DNA of 64,000 bases, taken from contig JAPOWK010000093.1 of NCBI GenBank assembly GCA_026707665.1, positions 12,137 to 76,136 on the forward strand, given 5' to 3'. This document shows positions 14,959 to 24,396 of this stretch, one piece after another. Numbering within the stretch: the stretch's first letter is position 1; every line of letters begins with the position of its first letter. The position numbers and the translations under genes were made by a program. Source of the stretch: Chloroflexota bacterium. Its GTDB lineage: Bacteria; Chloroflexota; Anaerolineae; Aggregatilineales; Phototrophicaceae. The notes beneath the pieces are model-generated. The model was not told where the DNA came from. It saw only the letters and a list, made by a program, of their open reading frames with translations, and searched no databases.

Positions 14959-17571
14959 ATGGATTTCAGCCACTACACCAACAAAGCGCAAAACGCCGTG
15001 CTCAAAGCGCAGAGCATCGCTGGCGAGCATCACCACAGCGCCATCGAGCCGGTGCACATCTTCCTCGGACTCTTGGAGCAAGATGAAGGCTTGGTCCCGC
15101 GCATCATCCAGAAGATCGGCGCCCAACTCGCCGCCATTCACGCGGAGCTAACGAGCATGCTCGGCAATCTGCCGCGAGCCAGTCAGCCGGCATCCGGCAT
15201 TGGCATCGGGCGTCTGGCGATGCAGGTATTCAGTCAGGCGGAAAAAGAAGCCAAGTCTATGCGTGACGATTATACCAGCACCGAACATCTATTCCTGGCG
15301 CTCGCTAAAGATCAAGCTATGAGCGCCATTTTGAAGCGAAGCGAAATCGCCTATGACGACATCTTGTCGGCGCTGCAATCGATTCGCGGCAGCCAGCGCA
15401 TCAGCAGCCAGGATCCGGAATCGACCTACGAGAGCCTCGCCAAATTCGGGCGCGACTTGACCGCTGACGCGCGCCAGGGTCGGCTCGATCCGGTCATCGG
15501 GCGCGATGAAGAAATCCGGCGCGTGATCCACGTCATCAGCCGCCGCAAGAAGAACAACCCGGTGCTCATCGGCGAGGCCGGCGTCGGCAAGACTGCGATC
15601 GCTGAGGGCTTGGCACAGCGCCTCGTCAACGGCGATGTACCGGATAGCATGAAGGACAAAACGATCATCGCGCTGGATATGGGCGCGCTGGTCGCCGGCA
15701 GCAAGTTCCGCGGCGAATTCGAGGAACGCTTGCAAGCCGTCCTGAAAGAAATCGCCGACAGCGAGGGTGAGATTATCCTTTTCATCGACGAGCTGCATAA
15801 CATCGTCGGCGCCGGACGGGCCGAAGGCTCGATGGACGCGGGCAACATGCTCAAGCCGATGCTGGCGCGGGGTGAGCTGCGCATGATCGGCGCGACGACG
15901 CTTGATGAATATCGGCAGCACATCGAAAAGGACGCCGCACTGGAACGGCGCTTTCAGCCGATTTATGTCGACGAACCGACAGTCGAAGACACGATCAGCA
16001 TCCTGCGCGGGCTCAAGGAGCGCTACGAGCTGCATCACGGAGTTCGCATTCAGGATGGCGCGGTCATCGCCGCCGCCGCGCTCAGCCACCGCTATTTGCC
16101 CGACCGTCAGCTGCCGGACAAAGCCATCGATTTGATCGACGAAGCAGCCGCCCACCTCAAGATGGAAATCGACAGCAAGCCGCTTGAGCTCGATAAACGC
16201 GAGCGCCAGATCATGCAGTTGGAAATCGAACGCGCCGCCCTTACGCATGAATCGGACGAGGCATCCAGGCGCCGTCTACCTGATCTCGATGCTGAGCTGG
16301 CTGATGCGCAAGAGGCGCTCAAGGCGCTGCTGGCTGTCTGGCAGCATGAGAAAGACGCGATTCAGGCGGTATCGAGCATCAAAGCCGATATGGACGACGT
16401 CCGCAATCAATTGGAGCGCGCCGAACGGGGAGGCAATCTGGAAGAAGCCGCCCGCCTGCGTTATGGCACGCTGCCCGACCTCGAAAAGCTGCTGCGCCAG
16501 CGCGAGGCGACCATTGATGATATGCGCCAGAATGGGGCGCTCATGCTAAAGGAAGAAGTGGACGCGGACGAAGTCGCCACGATCGTCAGCCGCTGGACCG
16601 GCATACCGGTTGCGCGCATGCTCGAAGGCGAAATCGAAAAGCTGCTGCACATGGAGGCGCGTCTGCATGAGCGCGTTGTCGGGCAGGAAGATGCGGTCAA
16701 GGCGATTTCAGCCGCAGTCCGCCGGGGACGAGCCGGCCTGCAGGATCCAAATCGACCTTTGGGGACCTTTCTATTCCTGGGTCCGACGGGCGTCGGCAAA
16801 ACGGAAATGGCTCGCTCATTGGCGCAATTCCTCTTCGATGACGAAAGCGCGATGGTACGCATCGACATGAGCGAATATGGCGAAAAGCATAGCATCGCTC
16901 GCTTGATCGGCGCGCCGCCGGGATACGTCGGCTACGAAGAAGGCGGTCAACTGACGGAAGCTGTGCGCCGGCGCCCATACTGCGTCCTGCTCTTCGATGA
17001 AATCGAAAAAGCCCATCCTGACGTTTTCAACCTCTTCTTGCAGGTCTTTGATGATGGGCGCTTGACCGATGGGCAGGGACGCACCGTTCATTTCAGCAAC
17101 AGCGTGATCATATTGACCAGCAATGTCGGGGGCGCGTCGGTCAAACAGATGGGCGATGCCATTGACCGCGAAGGACAGCGCCAGGCGATCATGAGCGAAT
17201 TGGACCGGCATTTCCGCCCGGAGTTTCTCAACCGCCTGGACGACATCATCGTCTTCCATAGTCTCACGCGCGCGCATATTGTCCGCATCGTTGACCTTCA
17301 GCTTGAGCGGCTGACACAGATCCTTGCCGGCCGACGGATTACGATTGAGTTGAGCAATGCCGCCAAAACATACCTGGCCGATGCGGGTTGGGATCCGGTC
17401 TTTGGCGCCCGGCCCCTAAAGCGCGCCATTCAGCGCGAATTGCAGGATCCGCTGGCGCTGGCACTATTAGAAGGCGCGGTCCAAGAGGGCGATCATGTTT
17501 GGGTCGACCTCAATGAAAGCGGCGACGAACTCAGCTTTCAGCGTCAGACATTGGAGCATGCCATCAGCTAG
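14959..17571 (+). CDS. clpB: ATP-dependent chaperone ClpB
   Basis: 870 aa. It has a Clp N-domain, two AAA+ modules ([10 protein letters not shown] and GPTGVGKTE), a long coiled-coil middle domain, and the [19 protein letters not shown] signature. RBS AAGGGGGAG lies upstream. Confidence 0.95.
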   Translation: MDFSHYTNKAQNAVLKAQSIAGEHHHSAIEPVHIFLGLLEQDEGLVPRIIQKIGAQLAAIHAELTSMLGNLPRASQPASGIGIGRLAMQVFSQAEKEAKSMRDDYTSTEHLFLALAKDQAMSAILKRSEIAYDDILSALQSIRGSQRISSQDPESTYESLAKFGRDLTADARQGRLDPVIGRDEEIRRVIHVISRRKKNNPVLIGEAGVGKTAIAEGLAQRLVNGDVPDSMKDKTIIALDMGALVAGSKFRGEFEERLQAVLKEIADSEGEIILFIDELHNIVGAGRAEGSMDAGNMLKPMLARGELRMIGATTLDEYRQHIEKDAALERRFQPIYVDEPTVEDTISILRGLKERYELHHGVRIQDGAVIAAAALSHRYLPDRQLPDKAIDLIDEAAAHLKMEIDSKPLELDKRERQIMQLEIERAALTHESDEASRRRLPDLDAELADAQEALKALLAVWQHEKDAIQAVSSIKADMDDVRNQLERAERGGNLEEAARLRYGTLPDLEKLLRQREATIDDMRQNGALMLKEEVDADEVATIVSRWTGIPVARMLEGEIEKLLHMEARLHERVVGQEDAVKAISAAVRRGRAGLQDPNRPLGTFLFLGPTGVGKTEMARSLAQFLFDDESAMVRIDMSEYGEKHSIARLIGAPPGYVGYEEGGQLTEAVRRRPYCVLLFDEIEKAHPDVFNLFLQVFDDGRLTDGQGRTVHFSNSVIILTSNVGGASVKQMGDAIDREGQRQAIMSELDRHFRPEFLNRLDDIIVFHSLTRAHIVRIVDLQLERLTQILAGRRITIELSNAAKTYLADAGWDPVFGARPLKRAIQRELQDPLALALLEGAVQEGDHVWVDLNESGDELSFQRQTLEHAIS

Positions 17572-17620
17572 GCCGGGGCAGAATCGCATGTACTGAAGGG
17601 GCGACGTTACGCCGCTCGTT

Positions 17621-17860
17621 TTATTCTGTGGGCGGGGGCACGGGAAGGTCGGATTCGTCCGTGTCCTTCCACTTCGCGCCTTCGTCGACAAGCATCACCG
17701 GAATGCCCTCGCGAATCGGATACTTGTAGCCGCTGTCATCGCAAACGAGCCAGCAATCCTGCACCAACCGCAGGCGACCGGGATCATCACCTTTGTCCTT
17801 ATAGTGGACCGCCACCGGACAGCGGAGAATCTCCATGAGTTCAGCGGATACGACTCCCAT
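17621..17860 (-). CDS. Trm112/YcaR-family small protein
   Basis: MGVVSAELMEILRCPV...YKYPIREGIPVMLVDEG. I chose the internal start at 17860 because GGAGGAG lies 7 nt upstream. The longer ORF-track form begins at 17914. Confidence 0.65.
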   Translation of the reverse strand: MGVVSAELMEILRCPVAVHYKDKGDDPGRLRLVQDCWLVCDDSGYKYPIREGIPVMLVDEGAKWKDTDESDLPVPPPTE

Positions 17861-18118
17861 TTTGCTCTCCTCCTGCCGTCCTTGAAGATCTGAAAACCAG
17901 TATAGCCTTCGCATCGGTCAGCGTCAATTGGAGCGGCTGGCGCAGGCTTTCCGCATTCGCGTCAAGATCAACACGGATATCCGCGCCCTACCCAGCCGGG
18001 ACGCCGCTCGCCTGGAGACGGTGTCAGCAGCTGCGGTCGTCGGATTCCTGGGCGAATTCAATGCCCTCCCCACTGTTTTGGATAGCGCCAATCCGTTTCC
18101 TGAACTACTCTCAAGGAT

Positions 18119-19783
18119 GTGATATTCACGAATGAAGATTGCTTCCGCAGTTTCACGCCCTACAAAGCCACGAGCGCGCCGGTTATCTTGAGGCGCAGAC
18201 TTGGCCGCGCAGCCAGGTTCTCTTTCCTGCTTGTCGCAATAGTAGCTCTCCTCGCGAGTCATTCAGCTAGCGCGCAGGTGCCCGCCCTGCCCACCACCGC
18301 GCCGGGCGGGCTAATCGACGCCGATGACTATATCCGCGCCGACCGGCTCGGCATCACGTTTGTCGGCTTCATCGACAACAATATGGGAGCGGAACGCTAT
18401 CGCAATGCTTTGATTCTGGGCGCCGGTTGGAACCGCTGGCCCCTGTATTGGGATCGCGTCGAGGCTCAGCCCGGCGAGTATGATTGGTTAGCTTACGACA
18501 AGCTGGTCGCGACCGATATCCGCCATGGTCTGCGAACCAACGCGATTCTGCTGGGCAGACCGGCATTCTGGCAAGCCGGGAATAGCATTTCCAATTTGTT
18601 CCAGCCCATCTTCGCCGATGGCACCGATAGCGGGGGACCCGATGTCGCGATCAATTTGAACAATCCCTGGGCGCAATTCGTGCATTACGCCGTCATGCGC
18701 TACATGCCCGGCGGTGTCCTGGCACAGAATAACGATTTCGGCGCTGACGCTGGCATTCGCGCCTGGGAGGTCTGGAATGAGCCCGATGTACCGCAATTCT
18801 GGAACGCCGGCAGCGAGGCTTATGCCCGCTTGTTGAAGGTGGCGGCGATCATCATCAAAACAGTCGATCCCGACGCGAAAGTCTTATTTGGAGGCTTGCT
18901 TTACGCCAATGATCAGAGCTTCCTTTCGCGGGTGCTGCGTCTGATTCAAATCGATCCGCTGCGCGATCACTTCAACTGGTTCTTTGATGTGGTCGCCTTG
19001 CACAGCTACGATGATCCCTGGCGCAGCGGCTGGCTGGCGAAAGTAGTCGAGGACACTTTGAAAGCTTATAAGATCACGCGCCCGGTTTGGGTGAACGAAA
19101 CCGGTGTGTCTGTTTGGGACGATTATCCCGGTCCCGTTTGGGCTTATAGCCCCGAACAGCGCAATCGACTGGCGACCGCGCAGCAGCAAGCGCACTTCTT
19201 GGTGATGAGCGCCGCCTTCGCCTGGTCCAAGGGCGTCGAGGTGGTATTCTATCATCAGCTTTACGACGATTGCGGCAACTATCCGGCCGGTACCGATTTC
19301 TTACCGCATAGTGGCGAACTATGCGCGAACGGCGCCTGCTTCGGCGACGCCTTCGGCATCTATCGAAACCAGCGAGGCTCGCACTGTTTCAGCCACCATC
19401 CCCACGCCAACACCCCGCGTCCGGTTGCGCAGGCTTTTTCGCTGCTGGCAGAGATATTTGGACGGCAGCCATTCGCAGCAGTCAGCCTTAACGGCATTGA
19501 TGATGAAGTGACTATCATCGCGTTCCAGCGCGCCAATGGGGAGCGTATCGTTGTCTTGTGGAATAACACGAGAGACGCGCGGATTGCTACACTCAAGGCA
19601 CAAGGTGATTTCGCCAACCTGCGCTTCATAAACGGCGAAACGACTACGATATTCGCCGACAACGGCAATTATTCGCTTGCACTCAAGCCAGCCGCGGATT
19701 ACAGTTTCCCCGATTTGGAGAGCAATCGAAGCAGCGCCATTGGCGGCGAGCCAGTGATACTGGTGGAATCGCCCGGACAATGA
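18119..19783 (+). CDS. Secreted glycoside-hydrolase-like TIM-barrel protein
   Basis: Signal-like segment FSFLLVAIVALLASHSASA. AWEVWNEPD and VWVNETG motifs are spaced as the acid/base and nucleophile glutamates of clan GH-A enzymes. The exact family is not determinable by eye. Confidence 0.5.
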   Translation: MIFTNEDCFRSFTPYKATSAPVILRRRLGRAARFSFLLVAIVALLASHSASAQVPALPTTAPGGLIDADDYIRADRLGITFVGFIDNNMGAERYRNALILGAGWNRWPLYWDRVEAQPGEYDWLAYDKLVATDIRHGLRTNAILLGRPAFWQAGNSISNLFQPIFADGTDSGGPDVAINLNNPWAQFVHYAVMRYMPGGVLAQNNDFGADAGIRAWEVWNEPDVPQFWNAGSEAYARLLKVAAIIIKTVDPDAKVLFGGLLYANDQSFLSRVLRLIQIDPLRDHFNWFFDVVALHSYDDPWRSGWLAKVVEDTLKAYKITRPVWVNETGVSVWDDYPGPVWAYSPEQRNRLATAQQQAHFLVMSAAFAWSKGVEVVFYHQLYDDCGNYPAGTDFLPHSGELCANGACFGDAFGIYRNQRGSHCFSHHPHANTPRPVAQAFSLLAEIFGRQPFAAVSLNGIDDEVTIIAFQRANGERIVVLWNNTRDARIATLKAQGDFANLRFINGETTTIFADNGNYSLALKPAADYSFPDLESNRSSAIGGEPVILVESPGQ

Positions 19784-19784
19784 G

Positions 19785-20888
19785 TTGGCAGAGCAAAAGA
19801 TCTTGTTGCGCACTGTCCGACTCATTGAATTTGGCCAGCCTTGGTTCGGTACATTAATGAACGTCAAACGAATTCTTTTCTTTGCCGCCAGCATCGCCGT
19901 AAGCGTGGCTTCGCTCGCCTTGATTCTGCGGGCGGTGCCCTTTAGCGAAGTCCTCAACAGCTTGAGCAGAACGGATCCGGTCTATTTGCTGCTATCCGTC
20001 TTCGCCGTCGCGCTGTCTTTGTTAACGCGCGGAGTCCGCTGGTGGATCTTGCTGAACCGTCGCATTTCCGTGCTGGAATCCTTCCACATGATCAACGTGA
20101 TGTTCCTCGGCAATCAGTTGCCCTTTCGGCTGGGCGAGGTCGCTCGCGGCGTCTTGGCCACCAGGCGTGGCGTACCCCTGGTCACATCGGGAACCAGCAT
20201 CATTGTGGAGCGCTTGATTGATGTACTGATGTTGGTTCTGTTAATCGCCGTCACGGTGAGCCGGATGCCGGCAGCTCCCGCCGATCTCACCGACCAAGCG
20301 TCGTTATTCGGCTTGCTCGCCCTGGTTGGCTTTCTGATCCTGCTCAGTTTCGCCTTCGCGCCCGCTACGGCGCAGCGTCTTATGAACAGACTGCTGCGCG
20401 CCTTCAAGCCACTGCAACGCCTTCCCATGAAAACTATGCTCAGTCATCTCCTTGATGGCTTGCAGCCGCTCACAGACATGCGTACGCTGCTGTTGACGGC
20501 CCTATGGACACTGCTCGCTTGGTCCGCCCCACTCGCCGCCCTGTATTTCTCGCACCTGGCGCTTGGAATAGAAGTGAATTACGCCATCAGCGTGCCACTT
20601 GGCATTGCCTTGACCGCGATCAGCATCGCCATGCCGGTCAGCATTGCCGCGCTCGGCCCCTTTGAGGTCGCCATTGTAGTGACCGGACAACTGGTCGGCA
20701 TGAGTGACGCTGACGCCATTGCGCTTGGCTTTCTGCTGCACGGGATCAACGTCATCAGTTACGCCGCCTGGGGAACAATCGGGCTGCTGGCGCTAGGCGC
20801 CTCGCCAGCCATTGCCTTTGGCTCCATGGGCGAGCGGTCCAATGACGGCGCTCAAGCCCGCGCGAGAAACTCATGCACCAGTGACTGA
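19785..20888 (+). CDS. Flippase-like / lysylphosphatidylglycerol-synthase TM-region (UPF0104) membrane protein
   Basis: Polytopic membrane protein with LGNQLPFRLGEVARGVLATRR. An alternative start is ATG 19857 (MNVKRILFFAAS). Confidence 0.55.
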   Translation: MAEQKILLRTVRLIEFGQPWFGTLMNVKRILFFAASIAVSVASLALILRAVPFSEVLNSLSRTDPVYLLLSVFAVALSLLTRGVRWWILLNRRISVLESFHMINVMFLGNQLPFRLGEVARGVLATRRGVPLVTSGTSIIVERLIDVLMLVLLIAVTVSRMPAAPADLTDQASLFGLLALVGFLILLSFAFAPATAQRLMNRLLRAFKPLQRLPMKTMLSHLLDGLQPLTDMRTLLLTALWTLLAWSAPLAALYFSHLALGIEVNYAISVPLGIALTAISIAMPVSIAALGPFEVAIVVTGQLVGMSDADAIALGFLLHGINVISYAAWGTIGLLALGASPAIAFGSMGERSNDGAQARARNSCTSD

Positions 20889-21967
20889 AAGTGGTGCACG
20901 CCGTTTTCACGCAAGACGGAAAAACGCCCGCGATTGTAGGCTTTCGATCGCAATCCCCGCTGGACCCATTCGCATAATTCGATGTCTTCGCGCTGTATTT
21001 CGTCGCTGAAGGCGATGATCTGCTGCATGCTCTCCCAGCCCTCACCCGTTCCCGGCGCTTCAAAGTACCACTCAAACACCGTCAGCGTCTTGTCATGCCC
21101 AAGGGGGATGATGATGTTAATTGAAGTATTGTCGAGGTAGACATTCAGCATCACATTGGGAAAGACCCAATAATAGAGCGCGTCCTCTTCCGCTTTGCCG
21201 CTGCGCACATAACGCCGGTCGCGAAGGTCGCCGGCCGCCGCGTCGCGTATGGGCGCGTGCTGCTTCGAATGATAGCGGCGTGTCTCCACGCGATATTGGT
21301 CATAATCCAATTCGCGAAATAGGCCCGGATGAGCGATGGGCAGGTGGTAGCCCTCGAGATAATTGTCAACGTAAACTTTCCAATTGCACTCGATCAGGTA
21401 ATCGCGGCGTTCGACCAGGCGCATCGCGTCCAGGTTGAAACCAGCCGCGGCAATCTCGCCCTCGATGACGCCGTAAGTGGTGGACATCGGCTGTGCCGCC
21501 GGGTCGAGATTGACAAATATCCAGGGACCCCAGGCGGCCACAAGCACCGGCTGCAAACATACCGTATTCGCATCCCAATTCTCGACGCCTTCGAACTCGG
21601 GCGCGCGCAGCAGCTTCCCGTCGAGGTCGTAGGTCCAGCCATGATATTTGCATTGCAAGCTTTGGCGATTTCCGCGTCCCTGCGCGACAACCGCCGCCCG
21701 ATGTGGGCAAACATTGTAGAATGCGCGCAATTCACCGGCGCGATTGCGCACGACCACCAGCGGCTGGTCCAGGACTTCGCAGCTGAAAAAGTCACCGGCT
21801 CGCGCGACGTCCTCTCGCCGACCGACCGGCTGCCAGGTCTTGTAGAAAATCTTCTCCGCTTCCAATGTCAGGAACTCGGGTTCGATATACCAGCGAGCGG
21901 GCATAGTCTCCGCGCTTGCCAGGTTTTCTGAAGGGTTGAAGTCGCGCAGATCCGGCGCAGTCCGCAT
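20852..21967 (-). CDS. Rieske [2Fe-2S] aromatic-ring-hydroxylating oxygenase alpha-subunit-like protein
   Basis: Rieske motif CPHRAAVV...CKYHGWTY plus a C-terminal catalytic domain (NWKVYVDNYLEGYH). Its 3' end overlaps the convergent gene by 37 nt. Confidence 0.8.
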   Translation of the reverse strand: MRTAPDLRDFNPSENLASAETMPARWYIEPEFLTLEAEKIFYKTWQPVGRREDVARAGDFFSCEVLDQPLVVVRNRAGELRAFYNVCPHRAAVVAQGRGNRQSLQCKYHGWTYDLDGKLLRAPEFEGVENWDANTVCLQPVLVAAWGPWIFVNLDPAAQPMSTTYGVIEGEIAAAGFNLDAMRLVERRDYLIECNWKVYVDNYLEGYHLPIAHPGLFRELDYDQYRVETRRYHSKQHAPIRDAAAGDLRDRRYVRSGKAEEDALYYWVFPNVMLNVYLDNTSINIIIPLGHDKTLTVFEWYFEAPGTGEGWESMQQIIAFSDEIQREDIELCEWVQRGLRSKAYNRGRFSVLRENGVHHFQSLVHEFLARA

Positions 21968-22235
21968 ATTCTCACCTCATTCGTCTATGGTCTCAAATTG
22001 GCATCGCCGACACGGCCTTCGATTGCAAAAGCTACCTGTCATCACCGGCGGCGACATATAGTCAACTTCGAAAACCGAAGCGCTACTTGAATCATATTAC
22101 AAAGATTTTACGAATGTAAAACCGAACCCGACCCGATTTCCGTATAATAAGAGGTGGGTAGTGATGCGGATACGCGGTATCTCACGGTAGCGGATACGTT
22201 ATAATCCAGGTTCGCAGACGTGAGAATTCGAGGGA

Positions 22236-23324
22236 ATGCCAGTGCATAGACGAACGCGCATGATCTGGGTACTGCTGCTGCTGGCGAGCATCGCTTGGAT
22301 TGGATTGGGGTCCTACCTGACATCCGAGCAATTCGACGGCGGCAATCTCGGCAGCGAACTGTCGAGCGAAATCCAATCGCTGGGCAGCGAGATTCAATTG
22401 GATGCTTTGGGGCAGCTGCCGCTGCCGATCTTCTTCCTGGCGACCGGGCTGCCATTCGCCCTCATTTCTATTTTCTTCCTGTGGCGCAACATCAAGCAGC
22501 ACGCCAGCACGATGCCGAGCGACGCCGAGGCGGTCATAAGGCGGCAGGCTTTCTTCGTGTCGCTTCTGGCGCTGATCTTTGCCCTCTTCCTTTGGAATAT
22601 TGGCGACAGACCGGGGCAAGCCGGCGCCGCTGCCAACGCAGATTTCTTGACGGCATCCCTGGCGCCCTTGCTATGGCCCGTTCGTCTCTTTGTCACCTTT
22701 GTCCACGAGGCCGGGCATTCGCTGGCGGCGCTGATTACTGGTGGCGAAGTCATCGGATTCACCATTTCGCCCAATGGGTCAGGATTGGCGCGAACCGCCG
22801 GCGGCTACCCGGCATTGATCTTGCCGGCCGGATATCTGGGCGCGGCGCTCTTCGGTTCGCTGCTGTTTTTTCTGACGAGCCGCAATCCCAAATGGACGCG
22901 CGGACTGTCCGTCTTCTTGGGCTTGTCGATTATCATCTTGACCGTGTTCTTTTCCGAGCGCGATGCCAACGGCAATATTACCGTGCAGTTGGTTGGCATC
23001 GGTTTCGGCGTTGCCATGGTCGCGCTTGGCTGGCTGGCGCCGCGCATCATCAACGTCTTCCTCCTCAACACGCTGGCCTTATTGACCGGCTTGAATGCGG
23101 TGATGGACCTGTCATATCTGGTACGCAATCCCGACGCCGGTATAGGCGATATTATGAATGACGCCGCCGCCTTCGCCGCCGAGTACACGCCGCTGCTGCC
23201 AGGATCCGTGGTCGCCTTCATCTGGTCCGCCGTTGCCGTGCTGATGTTGGGCGCGGCCGTTTACTTTGGTTTGTTCAAGCCAGCGGGAGGCGAGATCAGC
23301 GACGCCGTCAAAGGTAAGAATTGA
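22236..23324 (+). CDS. M50B-type integral membrane metallopeptidase-like protein
   Basis: HEAGHSLAALITGG (HExxH) within a polytopic membrane protein. Confidence 0.55.
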   Translation: MPVHRRTRMIWVLLLLASIAWIGLGSYLTSEQFDGGNLGSELSSEIQSLGSEIQLDALGQLPLPIFFLATGLPFALISIFFLWRNIKQHASTMPSDAEAVIRRQAFFVSLLALIFALFLWNIGDRPGQAGAAANADFLTASLAPLLWPVRLFVTFVHEAGHSLAALITGGEVIGFTISPNGSGLARTAGGYPALILPAGYLGAALFGSLLFFLTSRNPKWTRGLSVFLGLSIIILTVFFSERDANGNITVQLVGIGFGVAMVALGWLAPRIINVFLLNTLALLTGLNAVMDLSYLVRNPDAGIGDIMNDAAAFAAEYTPLLPGSVVAFIWSAVAVLMLGAAVYFGLFKPAGGEISDAVKGKN

Positions 23325-23410
23325 ACGACGATTGGCAGCTCGAATGCATCCATGAAATGAATCCACTCCGAAAAGGAGAGACCGAAAGCCAAAGTGCAAG
23401 GAGATAGATC

Positions 23411-24208
23411 ATGTTAAGAGAGTTCGTAGAGCGGAAGGTACGCCGGGAGATTGTGCGCAGAAACTTCGTAATTTCTGCCCTGGCCTTCGTTGGCATTTTT
23501 GCCCTCTGGTACATCGACTCGCTGTCCGGATTGGCTCACCCCTTCCGCATGTTGGTCAATAACATTCACGGCGGGCTCACCGCCTTCGCCATGCAGATAA
23601 CGGGCGGCACGGTTGACAGCTTCACGCTCTCGCAGGTAGGGACGTACCGAATCGAGTTTCGCGACGGCGCCGACGCCCTGACGATGACGGCCGGTTACCT
23701 CGGGTCTGCAGCGCTGGGCGCATTGATGTTCTTCCTGGTCAATCGGGCGCCGCATTTGGTTCGCCTGATCGCCGGGATCACCGGCGCATTCACGATCGGC
23801 TTCCTGGCGCTTTTCATCCGCCCGGCGGAAACCGGTGACCTGATCTCGATGATCATCTGCCTGGGCTTGGGCGCGCTGCTAATCGTGCTGGGCTGGACGG
23901 GCCGCGGCGATATAAATCAACTGCGCTCGCGCAAGTCTGTCACGCAGATTGTGTTGACCGTCATATCGCTCATGACCGGATTGCATATTCTGCTCGACCT
24001 GCCCCTGGTCCTTTCGACGCCGGCGTACACAGGCGATGTCATCACCAACCCGGTCGCCTATTTCGCGGAATACGTGATGCCGGGCGTTTCCGTGCAAGTC
24101 GTCGCCATCACTTGGGCGGCAATCGCCATCGCACTGATGGGCATCGCCTTCCAATTTGGCATCACCAGACGCCTGAAGCAGATCCCCAAGAACGACGACA
24201 TCGTCTGA
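23411..24208 (+). CDS. Paralogue of the preceding M50B-like protein, lacking the HExxH motif
   Basis: Collinear similarity to 22236..23324 (GYLGSAALGALMFFL versus GYLGAALFGSLLFFL; GL..LLDL versus GLNAVMDL). The metal site reads NIHGGLTAFAMQITGG. Confidence 0.5.
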   Translation: MLREFVERKVRREIVRRNFVISALAFVGIFALWYIDSLSGLAHPFRMLVNNIHGGLTAFAMQITGGTVDSFTLSQVGTYRIEFRDGADALTMTAGYLGSAALGALMFFLVNRAPHLVRLIAGITGAFTIGFLALFIRPAETGDLISMIICLGLGALLIVLGWTGRGDINQLRSRKSVTQIVLTVISLMTGLHILLDLPLVLSTPAYTGDVITNPVAYFAEYVMPGVSVQVVAITWAAIAIALMGIAFQFGITRRLKQIPKNDDIV

Positions 24209-24367
24209 GTCAGCGCCTTCTCCTATCGTACATTGTCCAACCGAGGACGTGCCAATATGGCGCGTCCTTTTGCTTTCACTGCCACTCTCTCTTGTCTCCA
24301 GAGCCCTTCATATCCTACGGATCCGAAGCGAAAGTTCCATTGCGATAAATTCATGTCTGATAATCGG

Positions 24368-24396
24368 TTGACAAAGTTCTTAACCCATGTTAAATT
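24368..24396 (+). promoter_or_regulatory. Sigma-70-like promoter candidate for the P-type ATPase
   Basis: TTGACA (24368-24373), a 17-nt spacer, then TAAATT (24391-24396). The ORF-track ATG at 24387 lies inside the spacer. Confidence 0.35.

Noticed and set aside
17928-18122. 64-aa + ORF (TTG start) whose TGA overlaps the GTG start of the glycoside-hydrolase-like gene
   Set aside because: Its composition looks protein-like and the ATGTGA overlap could indicate coupling. However, it has no RBS, no recognisable family and a non-ATG start. The evidence is too weak to call, and it may be a gene remnant.
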